Of a stretch of 64,000 nucleotides of DNA, positions 46,060 to 56,002 are shown piece by piece. Both the position numbers and the translations under genes were made by a program. Location of the stretch: NCBI GenBank assembly GCA_937983425.1, contig CALJZZ010000122.1, positions 99,285 to 163,284 of the forward strand, in the 5' to 3' direction. Under the pieces are notes generated by a model. The model saw nothing but the letters and a program-made list of their open reading frames with translations, was not told where the DNA came from and searched no databases. Every line of letters starts with the position of its first letter. Position 1 is the stretch's first letter. This DNA comes from an uncultured Verrucomicrobiaceae bacterium. GTDB taxonomy: Bacteria > Verrucomicrobiota > Verrucomicrobiia > Verrucomicrobiales > Verrucomicrobiaceae.

Positions 46060-47145
46060 ATGTCACTCGCCGCGCAGCTTTACCCTTTGCTCAAACCCTG
46101 GCTCTTCCGCATGGACGCCGAGCGCGCGCATGAATGGACAACACGCATGATGCGCCTCTCCCATGCCTGCGGTTTGCTGACGCTGGGACGCAGGGGCGCG
46201 CATCCCGGAGACGCTCCGCTGACCTGCATGGGCCTGGCCTTCCCCAACCGGCTCGGCCTGGCGGCGGGCATGGACAAATCCGCCTCGGCGGTGGATGCCT
46301 GGGCGGCGCTGGGATTCGGCTTTGTGGAGGTGGGCACGCTGACGCCGCGCCCGCAGCCGGGCAATCCGAAGCCGCGTCTTTTCCGCCTGCCGGAACACGA
46401 GGCGCTGATCAACCGCATGGGTTTCAACAATCCCGGCATCGAAGCCGCGGTGCGGCGCCTGCGGCGGCGAAAAACCCGGGCTGTGGTGGGAGTGAACATC
46501 GGAAAAAACTTCGACACGCCCAACAATGAGGCGGTGAGGGACTATCTGACCTGCCTGAAAGCGGCGTATCCCGTGGCGGACTACATCGCTGTGAACATCT
46601 CCTCTCCGAACACCAAGGGCTTGCGGGATCTCCAGGCGGAGGACTCCATTCGAGCGCTGCTGGCCGCCTTGAAAACCGAGCAGGCGCGGCTGGCTGGCGA
46701 GCATGGAGAGAAAAAGCCGCTGCTGGTGAAAATCGCGCCCGATCTCGACGGCCAGCAGATCGAGGCGCTGGCGCGTGTCTTCAATGAGCTGGCCGTGGAC
46801 GGCGTCATCGCCACCAACACGACCATCGGCCGCGAGGCTGTGGCCGGGCATCCACTCGCAGGCGAGGCCGGCGGCCTGAGCGGCGCGCCGGTGCGCGAAC
46901 GCTCCACGCTCGTGGTCCAGGCCTTCCGAATGCTCCTGCGGAAAGGCACTCCCGTCATCGGCGTCGGCGGCATTCTCAGCGGTGCGGACGCGCTGGAAAA
47001 ACACTCGGCCGGCGCGGACCTGGTGCAACTCTACTCGGGTCTGGTCTATCGCGGGCCGGGGCTCATCACGGAAGCGCTGGAGGCATTGCGTGGAGCCTCA
47101 TCTCACCCGTCCACCGGCGACTCGGGAGTGGGCAGCAGCTTTTGA
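46060..47145 (+). CDS. pyrD: dihydroorotate dehydrogenase (quinone), class 2
   Basis: FPNRLGLAAGMDK, GFGFVEVGTLTPRPQPGNPKPRLFRL, NRMGFNN, IGVGGI. Confidence 0.93.
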   Translation: MSLAAQLYPLLKPWLFRMDAERAHEWTTRMMRLSHACGLLTLGRRGAHPGDAPLTCMGLAFPNRLGLAAGMDKSASAVDAWAALGFGFVEVGTLTPRPQPGNPKPRLFRLPEHEALINRMGFNNPGIEAAVRRLRRRKTRAVVGVNIGKNFDTPNNEAVRDYLTCLKAAYPVADYIAVNISSPNTKGLRDLQAEDSIRALLAALKTEQARLAGEHGEKKPLLVKIAPDLDGQQIEALARVFNELAVDGVIATNTTIGREAVAGHPLAGEAGGLSGAPVRERSTLVVQAFRMLLRKGTPVIGVGGILSGADALEKHSAGADLVQLYSGLVYRGPGLITEALEALRGASSHPSTGDSGVGSSF

Positions 47146-47633
47146 TAAAACACCAGGTCCAGCCAGCGTCCGAACTTGAAGCCCGCGTGGCGCAGTCCGC
47201 CGCCGCTTTTGAAACCGAGGCGCTCATGCAGCGCGATGCTGGACGCGTTCTCCGCGTCAATCACACCCACCAGCATGTGGAAGCCGCGCGCCTGGGCGGA
47301 CTGGATGACCTGCTCCAGCAGCAAGCGCCCCAGCCCGAGGCCGCGAAAGCGCGCGTCCACATAGACCAAGTGCTCCACGGTGTACTTGTAGGCCGGAAGG
47401 GCGCGGAAGGGTCCGTAGCTGCCGAAGCCCATGAGCACGCCGTCCCCGTCCTCCACGCCGATCACGGGAAGGCCGCGCGCCTGCTTGGCCTCGAACCACT
47501 CGCGCAGCGTCTCCACGCTGCGCGGGTGGTAGTCGTAAATCGCCGTGGAGTTCACAATCGCCTCGTTGAAGATGGCGCGGATGGACTCCAGGTGCTCGGG
47601 GCCGCAGGTGATGATGCGCATGGCCTGATCCAT
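47103..47633 (-). CDS. GNAT N-acetyltransferase, phosphinothricin-acetyltransferase-like
   Basis: IRAIFNEAIVNSTAIYDY, VYVDARFRGLGLGRLLL, and HERLGFK...AGFKFGRWLDLVFYQ. Confidence 0.85.
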   Translation of the reverse strand: MDQAMRIITCGPEHLESIRAIFNEAIVNSTAIYDYHPRSVETLREWFEAKQARGLPVIGVEDGDGVLMGFGSYGPFRALPAYKYTVEHLVYVDARFRGLGLGRLLLEQVIQSAQARGFHMLVGVIDAENASSIALHERLGFKSGGGLRHAGFKFGRWLDLVFYQKLLPTPESPVDG

Positions 47634-47652
47634 ACGCGCCGGCGGCGGGATT

Positions 47653-48282
47653 TCACGGCTTGTTCAGCGTCAAAATGTAGCCCACGAGGTTTTTCATCGT
47701 CTGCTCGTCCTCGATGAACTTGGTGGCCATCTCCACCATCTTCGCGCCTTTTTCATCGCCCTTGGCGGCGCCCCGGTGCAGACCCTTGAATTTTTGCAGT
47801 TGGGCCAGCAGATACCAGCCCTGCCTGCCCGTCAGCGGCGGGCTGCCAAAGACCATCTCACCCGAGGCGTTGTAGCGGTGGCACTCCATGCAGCGCTCAT
47901 AAAACAGCTCCTGGCCCGCCCGCACATCCGCGCCCTCGACCACGAGAACCGCCGGAGCCACCTCCTTGAGGGACTCCACATGCGCGGCCAGAGCCTGGAT
48001 TTGCGTCTCCGAGAGCGCCTTGGCCACCGCCGCCATCATCGCGCCTTGCGGGTCCGCCGCGCCGTCGCGTCCGCGTTTGCCGTCGTGAAAGTTCGCCAGT
48101 TGTGTCGTCACATACCAGGCGGGCAGGGCGGCGATGGAGGGCGCTTTCAACTCGTCCCTGCCCCCGCCCTCCGGCCCGTGGCATTGCGCGCACACCGTCT
48201 GGAAAAGCAGCGGCCCCTCCTGCGCGGTCAAAGGCAGCGTCAGCGAGGCGGTCAAGAGGATGGGCAGGCGGAGAAACGTCAT
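47653..48282 (-). CDS. secreted di-heme c-type cytochrome
   Basis: Signal peptide MTFLRLPILLTASLTLPLTA from ATG 48282. Two CxxCH motifs are present (CAQCH, CMECH). Confidence 0.85.
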   Translation of the reverse strand: MTFLRLPILLTASLTLPLTAQEGPLLFQTVCAQCHGPEGGGRDELKAPSIAALPAWYVTTQLANFHDGKRGRDGAADPQGAMMAAVAKALSETQIQALAAHVESLKEVAPAVLVVEGADVRAGQELFYERCMECHRYNASGEMVFGSPPLTGRQGWYLLAQLQKFKGLHRGAAKGDEKGAKMVEMATKFIEDEQTMKNLVGYILTLNKP

Positions 48283-48402
48283 GCGGCACCAACGGGGAAT
48301 GTTGCACGCCTTGCGCAACTTCCATCCGCATTGCCAAAATCCGCGCTGTCCATGCCAAAAAAGGCTGGCGCCAGCGGACCCGCTCCCCACACTACGCGCC
48401 GC

Positions 48403-49020
48403 ATGTCCACCATCGTCGTCGCCCAAAAAAACGGAGTCGCCTGCATTGGCGCTGACACCATGAGCTGCCTAGGCTCGCTGCGCCAGCGCGCGCACCATGT
48501 CGTCAACAAAACCAAGATCACCAAAATCGGGGACACTTTCATAGGCCTCACCGGCACATCCGCGAGCCTCGTCGTGATGAACAGCTACTTCGCCAATCCC
48601 GAGCGCCCTCGTGATTTCTCCTCCACGGACATGATTTTCGAGACCTTCCGTCACGCTCACCACTGGATGAAGGCCGAGTACTTCATGTCCACGATGGCCT
48701 CGAAGGAGGAGGAATACGAGACCACGCAGTTTTACGGCGTGCTGGCCAACCCCCACGGCATCTTCGCCCTCTACTCCTACCGCAGCGCCCAGCAGTTTCA
48801 CAAATTCTGGGCCGCCGGCTCCGGGCGGGATTTCGCCCTTGGCGCCATGCAAATGGTCTATGACCCGTTCGACAATGTGGTGGACATCGTACGGGCAGGA
48901 CTCAACGCCGCCGCCGAGTTCGACAGTGCCACCGGGGCGCCTTATGAAATCCACACCTGCGCGCTGGAATCGGCCCCGCAGGCGGCCAGGAAACCGAAAA
49001 AACGGGCCAAAACACGCTGA
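48403..49020 (+). CDS. stand-alone proteasome-beta/HslV-like Ntn-hydrolase-fold protein
   Basis: MSTIVVAQKNGVACIGADT...IGLTGTSAS...AAGSGRDFALGAM...AAEFDSATGAPYEI parallels the HslV/beta-subunit layout. The upstream 209 aa of the track ORF is antisense to the cytochrome gene. Confidence 0.6.
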   Translation: MSTIVVAQKNGVACIGADTMSCLGSLRQRAHHVVNKTKITKIGDTFIGLTGTSASLVVMNSYFANPERPRDFSSTDMIFETFRHAHHWMKAEYFMSTMASKEEEYETTQFYGVLANPHGIFALYSYRSAQQFHKFWAAGSGRDFALGAMQMVYDPFDNVVDIVRAGLNAAAEFDSATGAPYEIHTCALESAPQAARKPKKRAKTR

Positions 49021-49029
49021 TGCTTCCGG

Positions 49030-50331
49030 CTACCAGCACAGCCCCTCATAGTTCCAGGGCAGTTCCGCCAGCTCGCGCCAGCCATTCACATCAATGACGT
49101 ACTGGTTCGCGTTGACGAGGGTGGCGAGTTGCTCCAGGGGGACGCATTTCTGCGAGGCGACGATGAGGTCGCTGCTTTCAAGCACCTCGCGCGGGTCGTC
49201 TTTGAGCAGGGAGGCAAGGTGCGGCATGCGGCGCTGAATTTCGGCCTCGTTGGCGCCGATGAGGCGGCTTAGGTTGAGGCTGGGATCGTAGATGCTGAGA
49301 TGAAACCCGCGTCCAAGCAGTGTCTCGGCCACAGCCACCATGGGGCTGCCGCGCAGGTCGTCGGTGTCGGCTTTGAAGGCGAGTCCGAGCAGGCCGACAC
49401 GGCGCGCTCCTTTGCTGGTGATGAGTTTGATGAGCAGGTCGAGGTGGGCCTGGTTGGTGTCGAGCGTGTTGTCCAGCAGGGGCAGAGTGATGCCCTCCTG
49501 GCGCGCGAAGGAGAGCAGGGCGCTGACATCCTTGGGCAGGCAGGAGCCTCCGAAGGGGTTGCCGGGCTTCATGTAATAGCGGGAGATGTTCAGCCGGGTG
49601 TCGGCGCAGACCACGTCCATGACGCGGGCGCCATCCTCACCAAGGAATTTGGACAGGCGGCCGATCTCGTTGGCGAAGCCCACCTTCAAAGCGTGAAAGT
49701 AGTTGCAGGCGTATTTGATCATCTCCGCGCCTTCCCAGGCGAGCACGGCGGGGGTGCCACCGAGCAGCCGGCGGGCTTCGTCACTTTCCGGCTCGCGCCC
49801 GTCATGGGTGCCGACGACGGCCAGGGAGGGCTCGCGAAAGTCCCTCACGGCGGTGCCCTCCCGCAGAAACTCGGGGCAGTAATAAACGGACACCTGGCCG
49901 GAAACGCGCAAGTCTTCGAAGAAGTCCCGCACCATCTGGCGCGTGCTTCCGGGCAGCATGGTGCTGCGGAAAAGGATGACATGCCGTTTGCCGGAGACGC
50001 GCAGGGCGGCGGCGATCTGCTCGCTGACTTTTCGCACGAAATCGAGATTCAGCCGCCCGGACTCAAGGGACGGGGTGCCGACGCAGATGATGCTGGCATC
50101 CGTGGCGGCCACGGCCTCTTCGGCGCTTGTGGTGGCGCGCAGGCGGCCACCGGCGCGGGCGGTGCCGAGCAGATCATCGAGTTCGGGTTCGATGATGGGG
50201 GACCGGCCGGTGTTGAAGGCGTCCACCTTGGCCTGCTGGACATCCGCGCCCACGATGCCGTGCCCAAGCTCGGCCAGGCAGCCGGCGGTGACAGCACCCA
50301 CATATCCGAGTCCGAAAATGCTGACGTTCAT
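49030..50331 (-). CDS. UDP-glucose/GDP-mannose dehydrogenase family nucleotide-sugar dehydrogenase
   Basis: MNVSIFGLGYVGAVTAGCLAELGH (Rossmann fold), the catalytic-Cys region FGGSCLPKD, and the C-terminal LGLAFKADTDDLRGSP. Confidence 0.88.
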   Translation of the reverse strand: MNVSIFGLGYVGAVTAGCLAELGHGIVGADVQQAKVDAFNTGRSPIIEPELDDLLGTARAGGRLRATTSAEEAVAATDASIICVGTPSLESGRLNLDFVRKVSEQIAAALRVSGKRHVILFRSTMLPGSTRQMVRDFFEDLRVSGQVSVYYCPEFLREGTAVRDFREPSLAVVGTHDGREPESDEARRLLGGTPAVLAWEGAEMIKYACNYFHALKVGFANEIGRLSKFLGEDGARVMDVVCADTRLNISRYYMKPGNPFGGSCLPKDVSALLSFARQEGITLPLLDNTLDTNQAHLDLLIKLITSKGARRVGLLGLAFKADTDDLRGSPMVAVAETLLGRGFHLSIYDPSLNLSRLIGANEAEIQRRMPHLASLLKDDPREVLESSDLIVASQKCVPLEQLATLVNANQYVIDVNGWRELAELPWNYEGLCW

Positions 50332-50408
50332 GCGGAAGTACGGGAACTGGAAAGTGAGGAAAGTTTGACCTGGATGCGGATTGGGGCAACCGGGACGGTT
50401 GCGCCACC

Positions 50409-51455
50409 TTACTTCGGCTGGTGCATGGCGATGCAGTGCAGAGCGCCGCCTTCCATGACGAGATCCTTGCAGGTGACAGAGATGATCTCGCGCCCAGGGA
50501 AGCACTCGGCGATCTTGTCCTCGGCCATGGCGTCCTTTTTCTTCTGCCCAAAGATGGGGACAAAGACGGCATTGTTCACAATGAGAAAATTCGCATAGCT
50601 GGCGGGCAGACGGCTGAGACGCCAGTCCCTGGCCTCAATGGCGTTGGGCATTTCGATTTCGATAATTTCCAGCTTGGAGCCGTCGGCGGTGCGCACATCG
50701 TCGAGCTGCTCGCGGATTTGCTTGAGCGCCTTGTAGTTCGGGTCGTTCTCCTTGCTCTCGACCATGCAGATGACGGCGTCCTCGCGCACAAAACGGACGA
50801 GATCGTCAATGTGGCCGTCGGTGTCGTCACCCTCGATGCCTTTCTTGAACCAGACGATGTCGGTGACGCCGAGCATGGCCTTCAGCTCCTTCTCCACCTC
50901 CTCTTTCTTGCGCGCTTTGCCGCCGTTGCGGTTGGGATTGAGCAGGACGGCCTCGGTGGTGAAAAGCAGGCCCTTGCCATTGGTCTCGATGGCGCCGCCT
51001 TCGAGCACCATGTCGGAGACATAGCGGTCCATCTTCAGCACTTCGGCGGCCTTCTCGGGGATGGTGTTGTCCAGCCCGGCCTCGAACTTTCCGCCCCAGC
51101 CGTCGAATTTCCAGTCGGTGATGGAGACCTGGCCGGTGGTATCGTTTTTGATGAAAATGGGGCCGTGGTCGCGGCACCAGACGTCATTGGTCTGGTGGTT
51201 GTAGAGGTCCACCATGTTCAGCGCGCCCTCGTTGTCGGCGATGCTGAGACGGATGCCCATGTGCATGTTTTCCGGCGCGTTGATGCGCACACGCTGGTAG
51301 CGGGTCATGTTCGCGGCGATCTCTCCGAACTTGTCCTGCAGCTTGAGGTATGTTTTCGGGCAGCTCTCCTTGTTTGAGGGCCATGACAGCCAGACCGCCT
51401 CCTGGGGTTCGAATTCAGCGGGCAGGCGGTGGTTCTTCGGGTATCCTTTACTCAT
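50409..51455 (-). CDS. aguA: agmatine deiminase
   Basis: PAEFEPQEAVWLSWP, WCRDHGPIF, and the C-terminal GGALHCIAMHQP with catalytic Cys. Confidence 0.9.
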   Translation of the reverse strand: MSKGYPKNHRLPAEFEPQEAVWLSWPSNKESCPKTYLKLQDKFGEIAANMTRYQRVRINAPENMHMGIRLSIADNEGALNMVDLYNHQTNDVWCRDHGPIFIKNDTTGQVSITDWKFDGWGGKFEAGLDNTIPEKAAEVLKMDRYVSDMVLEGGAIETNGKGLLFTTEAVLLNPNRNGGKARKKEEVEKELKAMLGVTDIVWFKKGIEGDDTDGHIDDLVRFVREDAVICMVESKENDPNYKALKQIREQLDDVRTADGSKLEIIEIEMPNAIEARDWRLSRLPASYANFLIVNNAVFVPIFGQKKKDAMAEDKIAECFPGREIISVTCKDLVMEGGALHCIAMHQPK

Positions 51456-52314
51456 CGAGGTAGCGTTTGGTCAGGGGTGCGTAAGTGTCAATGCGGCGAT
51501 CACGGAAAAAAGGCCAGATGCGGCGGAAGTCCTCCACCACCTGGAAGTCGCAGGGGACGACAAGCGCCTCCTGCTCTGAAACTGAGGCTTTGGCGACGAT
51601 CTCGCCGTAGGGGTTGGCCACGAAACTCTGGCCCCAGAACTCGGTTTCGTCCTGAAACCCGGTGCGGTTCACCGCGGCGACGAAGCAGCCGTTCGCCACG
51701 GCATGACCGCGCTGCACCGTCTCCCAAGCGCAATGCTGGGCTTTGCCAAGCGCGGCCTTTTCCGAGGCTAGCCAGCCGATGGCTGTGGGGTAAAAAAGAA
51801 TCTGCGCGCCGGCCAGCGCGGCGAGGCGCGCCGCTTCTGGGAACCATTGGTCCCAGCAAATCAGCACGGCGATGCGGCCAAACTTCGTGTCCCACACGCG
51901 GTAGCCGAGGTCGCCCTGCGTGAAGTAAAACTTCTCCTCGAAGCCGGGATCCTGCGGGATGTGCATCTTCCGGTACTTGCCGAGGAAGGCGCCGTCCGCG
52001 TCGAGGACGGCTGCGGTGTTGTGGTAGAGGCCGGGACCGCGCTTTTCGAAAAGCGGGACGATGAGCACCACGCCGAGCTCTTTGGCGAGCGCGGACATCT
52101 TTTCCGTCGTCGGCCCGGGCACTGCCTCGGCCAGATCAAAGAGCGCGGTGTCCTGCCGGGTGCAGAAATACGGAATGTCGAAAAGCTCCTGCAGGCAGAT
52201 GATCCGCGCGCCCCGCGCCGCCGCCTCACGGATCAGCCGCTCATGACGGGCGTGGCTTTCGGCCTTGCCCGCATGAGTGCCGCCTTGGATGAGTCCGAGA
52301 GTGACAGTGGTCAT
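51448..52314 (-). CDS. aguB: N-carbamoylputrescine amidase (nitrilase superfamily)
   Basis: CLQELF, KMHIPQDPGFEEKFYF and VLICWDQWFPE (Glu-Lys-Cys triad context). The last 8 nt overlap the aguA start. Confidence 0.88.
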   Translation of the reverse strand: MTTVTLGLIQGGTHAGKAESHARHERLIREAAARGARIICLQELFDIPYFCTRQDTALFDLAEAVPGPTTEKMSALAKELGVVLIVPLFEKRGPGLYHNTAAVLDADGAFLGKYRKMHIPQDPGFEEKFYFTQGDLGYRVWDTKFGRIAVLICWDQWFPEAARLAALAGAQILFYPTAIGWLASEKAALGKAQHCAWETVQRGHAVANGCFVAAVNRTGFQDETEFWGQSFVANPYGEIVAKASVSEQEALVVPCDFQVVEDFRRIWPFFRDRRIDTYAPLTKRYLDE

Positions 52315-52389
52315 GGGGACGCGGAGGATTGAGAGATGCCGGGAAGGCGCAAGGAGGAAAACGCGAACATTTTTGCGCTGCCAAAGCCC

Positions 52390-53370
52390 TCATTTTTTCC
52401 CTTCGGCATGGCTCAGCGCGCTCTGCACGTCGCCGCGCATGGGAATGCCATCCTGAGCGCCGTGCTTGAGCGTGGCGAGCGCCGCGGCGGCATTCGCCCA
52501 GCGCACGCACTCCAGCAGCGGCATGCCTTCGGCGAAAAAAGTGGAGAATGCGCCCGCGAAGGTGTCTCCCGCGCCCACGGTATCCACCGGTTTGACAGGA
52601 TGCGTGGCGACTTTTTTGAAGCCTTCCGAATGCAGCACAAGCGTGGGTTTTTCACCGCGTGTGACAATGAGGATGCCAATGTTCTTCTCCTTGAGTTTTT
52701 CCTGCCAAGCCGCGACACCGTCCTGCATCCCCGCCGGATCGGCGTCAAAAATCATCCGCGCCTCTCCTGCATTCACAATGAGAACCTCCACCCTCACCTT
52801 GGCCCAGGGAAAGTCCGCGCGGCAGGGCGAGGGATTAAAAACCACCGGCACCTGGCGGCCATTCGCCAGCCGGATGGCCTCGATCACGCTCTCCATGGGC
52901 ACCTCCAACTGAAGAAGCAGCGTCTTTGCCACCTCAATGCGCGAACGCTGCACCTTCACGGATGGAGCCGTCAGGGCGGAATTGGCGCCTGGGATGACGA
53001 TGATCTGGTTTTCCCCCTTCGCGTCCACGGCGATAAAGGCGCTGCCGGTGCCGCCGCGCGTGGTGTTGACGGAACTGCAGTTCACCCCCTCACGGCGCAG
53101 GTGGTTGCGATAATCACGTCCGTCCGGATCATCCCCAAGGCAGCCTATGAGCGTCACCGCAGCCCCCTGTCGCGCCGCTGCCAAAGCCTGGTTGGCGCCC
53201 TTGCCCCCGAAGCGTTTTTCCAGCGCGGATGCGGAAACCGTTTCTCCGGGCGCGGGCAGGCGTTTAACAGAGGCGGTCAAGTCCACATTCATGGACCCGA
53301 CAACAACAAGATTGGCTGGTGCGGCTCTAGCCATGCGCGCACCATGCGGCAGCCTGCGCGGTTTTGACAA
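52390..53370 (-). CDS. rbsK: ribokinase
   Basis: VVVGSMNVDL, GGKGANQALAAAR, and the C-terminal DTVGAGDTFAGAF. The start is possibly at 53334 (MARAAPAN). Confidence 0.85.
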   Translation of the reverse strand: MSKPRRLPHGARMARAAPANLVVVGSMNVDLTASVKRLPAPGETVSASALEKRFGGKGANQALAAARQGAAVTLIGCLGDDPDGRDYRNHLRREGVNCSSVNTTRGGTGSAFIAVDAKGENQIIVIPGANSALTAPSVKVQRSRIEVAKTLLLQLEVPMESVIEAIRLANGRQVPVVFNPSPCRADFPWAKVRVEVLIVNAGEARMIFDADPAGMQDGVAAWQEKLKEKNIGILIVTRGEKPTLVLHSEGFKKVATHPVKPVDTVGAGDTFAGAFSTFFAEGMPLLECVRWANAAAALATLKHGAQDGIPMRGDVQSALSHAEGKK

Positions 53371-53514
53371 CCGCTTTTATCCATTCTTCGGAAGGTAAAA
53401 TTGCCCTGTATTCTCCATTCGGGGCTGAAAGCTTTCCGGAAACAGCGCGCTGTTTGTGGTCAGCTCAACAAACCATGCAAGCCGCATGCTTGACGGCGTT
53501 TACTCAAGCCGGTT

Positions 53515-54690
53515 ATGCGAATTTTTTTATTTCAAGCCGTGATTCTCTGCGCGCTGCCTGCCAGCGCTGCGGAGCCCTGGTTCGAGACCACCTGCCTTTT
53601 TCCGGTGACTCCAGCCAACAAGCCCAACTACCGCATTCCAGCCCTCATCCAGGCTCCAAATGGAGACCTCCTCGTCGTCTGTGAAAAGCGCAATGACGGA
53701 CCTGGCGACATCGGCGACCACGACATCGTCATGAAGCGCAGTTCCGACGGCGGCAAAACTTGGACCGGGGAAATCCTCATCCTCGACGATGTGGACCGCG
53801 TCTGCACCGACCTCACCTTGGGATTCGACCGCGTCACGCAAAAACTCTGGCTCTTCTTTTTAAAGGACAAGAAACAGTTCGCCCACCTCAGCAGCACGGA
53901 CAACGGACTCACCTGGCAGGGACCCGTCGTCATTCACGATCAGGTCACCAAACCCGAATGGGACCAACTGCGGGGCAAGCCGGACACAAAACCCTTCAAC
54001 CCCAAAAGTCACGCCCAGCGCTGGGAACGAGATTGGCATCAGCGCTACGGATGCGGTCCGGGCCATGCGATGGTGCAACTCAAATCCGGACGGCTGCTTG
54101 TGCCCGCGCGCCACCGCGAGGACATCGGGGGAGGCCGCCTTCGCAGTTTTGCCCACTGCTTTTACAGCGATGACCACGGCGCGTCCTGGCAACTCGGCGG
54201 CACCATCGGGATGCACACCAGCGAGTGCCAGTTCATCGAACTCAATGACGGCGGCATCCGCGTGATATCCCGAAACGAAAGCGCTGAAGACGCGCCTGAC
54301 AACCTGCGCCACCTCACCAGCATCTCAAAGGATGGCGGCCAAACCTGGAGCGCGCTCCGGCGTCAGGAAGAGCTCATCACACCCCGCTGTCATGGCAGCC
54401 TCGAGAGATTGGATGAAAAAACACTTCTGTTTTGCAGCCCGGCGTCGCCATTTCGTCAAAAGGAGCACCCCTACGGCCGCTACAACCTCACCATTCGGAT
54501 CAGTCACGACGAAGGCGCCAGTTGGTCGGCCGGGCGCGCCGTCTGGCCGCATCCAGGCTCTTATTCGGACATCGCAGTCATGACTGACGGAAGCATCGCC
54601 GTCGTTTACGAGCGCGCGGATAAAGGCAGCTCCCACTACTGGGACGAACTTCACTTCGCACGCTTCAACCCGGACTGGATCACACAATGA
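53515..54690 (+). CDS. secreted exo-alpha-sialidase (GH33, BNR repeats)
   Basis: Signal peptide, the YRIP motif (NYRIPAL) and five Asp-boxes: SSDGGKTW, STDNGLTW, SDDHGASW, SKDGGQTW, SHDEGASW. Confidence 0.88.
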   Translation: MRIFLFQAVILCALPASAAEPWFETTCLFPVTPANKPNYRIPALIQAPNGDLLVVCEKRNDGPGDIGDHDIVMKRSSDGGKTWTGEILILDDVDRVCTDLTLGFDRVTQKLWLFFLKDKKQFAHLSSTDNGLTWQGPVVIHDQVTKPEWDQLRGKPDTKPFNPKSHAQRWERDWHQRYGCGPGHAMVQLKSGRLLVPARHREDIGGGRLRSFAHCFYSDDHGASWQLGGTIGMHTSECQFIELNDGGIRVISRNESAEDAPDNLRHLTSISKDGGQTWSALRRQEELITPRCHGSLERLDEKTLLFCSPASPFRQKEHPYGRYNLTIRISHDEGASWSAGRAVWPHPGSYSDIAVMTDGSIAVVYERADKGSSHYWDELHFARFNPDWITQ

Positions 54691-54715
54691 CCGGTGCGTG
54701 ACGCTGCACATTTCG

Positions 54716-54848
54716 TCACGCAAGCATCTCTTTCATCACGTGGCCTTCCACGTTCGTGAGGCGGCGCCGGACGCCGTTGTGCTCGAAGGTGAGGCGTTCG
54801 TGATCGAGGCCGAGGAGGTGGAGGATGGTGGCGTTGAAGTCGTGGAGC
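54716..54848 (-). pseudogene. orphan 3'-terminal fragment (last 43 codons + stop) of a DUF1501 gene
   Basis: It encodes [43 protein letters not shown]. It is ~93% nt-identical (hand alignment) to 60784-60906, the 3' end of the intact DUF1501 gene. Homology stops at 54848, where an in-frame TAG occurs. Confidence 0.85.
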
Positions 54849-54980
54849 TATTGGCTTTCATATTTCGATGACCGGCAGCAAAGCCCCTCAACAGTCCCGT
54901 CCATTCAGCTTCCTATAAGTCCTTGGATGGAATTCGAAATTCACCATTGATTAGTGTTAAATTTACACCACAGATCGTGT

Positions 54981-55664
54981 ATGCCTCACACTTACCAGTA
55001 TCCGCGTGCCGCGCTGACCGTGGACTGCGTTGTTTTCGGCTTCGATGGAAGCGAGCTTCAGGTCCTGCTCATCCGCCGCGCCCTGGAGCCGTTCAAGGAC
55101 CGCTGGGCGCTGCCCGGCGGCTTCGTACGGGTCGAGGAAACGCTCGATGAAGCCGCGCGTCGTGAGCTGGAGGAGGAAACCGGGCTGCGGGATGTCTTTC
55201 TGGAGCAGCTTTACACCTTTGGCACCGTGAAACGCGATCCGCGTGAGCGTGTCGTCAGCGTAGCGTGGTTCGCGCTGGTGAAGCCCTCCGTTGTCACCGC
55301 CGACACCGACGCCGCCGAGGCCAAGTGGTTTTCCGTCAACGACGTTCCACCGCTCGCTTTCGACCACGCCTCCATCCTCGCCACCGCGCTCACCCGTCTG
55401 CGCGGCAAGCTCACCTACCAGCCCGTCGGCTTCGAGCTGCTGCCGCCGAAATTCACCCTCACCCAGCTTCAGCGCCTCTACGAGGCCGTCCTTGGCGAGG
55501 AGCTCGACAAACGAAACTTCCGCAAAAAAGCCCTCAGCCACGATCTCCTCATCCCCCTCAAAGAAAAACATCAGGAAGGCGCCCACCGTCCCGCCCAGCT
55601 CTTCCGCTTCGATCCGGTGAAATATGAGAGGCTGAAGAAGAAGGGCTTCTTGTTTGAGATATGA
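54981..55664 (+). CDS. nrtR: NrtR-like Nudix hydrolase / winged-helix transcriptional regulator (ADP-ribose responsive family)
   Basis: An apparently intact Nudix box [23 protein letters not shown] plus the C-terminal [28 protein letters not shown], characteristic of NrtR. The track ORF starts at 54954. Confidence 0.8.
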   Translation: MPHTYQYPRAALTVDCVVFGFDGSELQVLLIRRALEPFKDRWALPGGFVRVEETLDEAARRELEEETGLRDVFLEQLYTFGTVKRDPRERVVSVAWFALVKPSVVTADTDAAEAKWFSVNDVPPLAFDHASILATALTRLRGKLTYQPVGFELLPPKFTLTQLQRLYEAVLGEELDKRNFRKKALSHDLLIPLKEKHQEGAHRPAQLFRFDPVKYERLKKKGFLFEI

Positions 55665-56002
55665 AAACCATCACCCTCTACCGTCCCGTCGGACCGAAAG
55701 AACTCGCCCTGATCGAGCAAAGCGGATGGAAAGCCTTTCCACCGCGTCTGCCAGACCAGCCGATCTTCTATCCCGTGATGAACGAGGAATACGCCATCCA
55801 GATCGCCCGCGACTGGAATGTGCCCGCCTCCGGTTCCGGTTTCGTCACCCGCTTCGCCGTCGATGCCGATTTCCTCAGCCGCTACGTCAAGCAAGTCGTG
55901 GGTGGCGACATGCACCGCGAACTCTGGGTGCCTGCGGAAGAACTGGAAGAGTTCAATCAACACATCATCGGCCTCATCGAGGTCACCCAACGATTCCCAT
56001 GA
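55661..56002 (+). CDS. conserved-looking 113-aa protein of unknown function
   Basis: [53 protein letters not shown]...[22 protein letters not shown] overlaps occur at both ends (55661, 55999). Confidence 0.7.
   Translation: MKTITLYRPVGPKELALIEQSGWKAFPPRLPDQPIFYPVMNEEYAIQIARDWNVPASGSGFVTRFAVDADFLSRYVKQVVGGDMHRELWVPAEELEEFNQHIIGLIEVTQRFP

Noticed and set aside
47103-47145. 43-nt convergent overlap of the pyrD and GNAT acetyltransferase 3' ends
   Set aside because: The overlap is real but is an ordinary feature of compact genomes. There is no evidence of antisense regulation from sequence alone.
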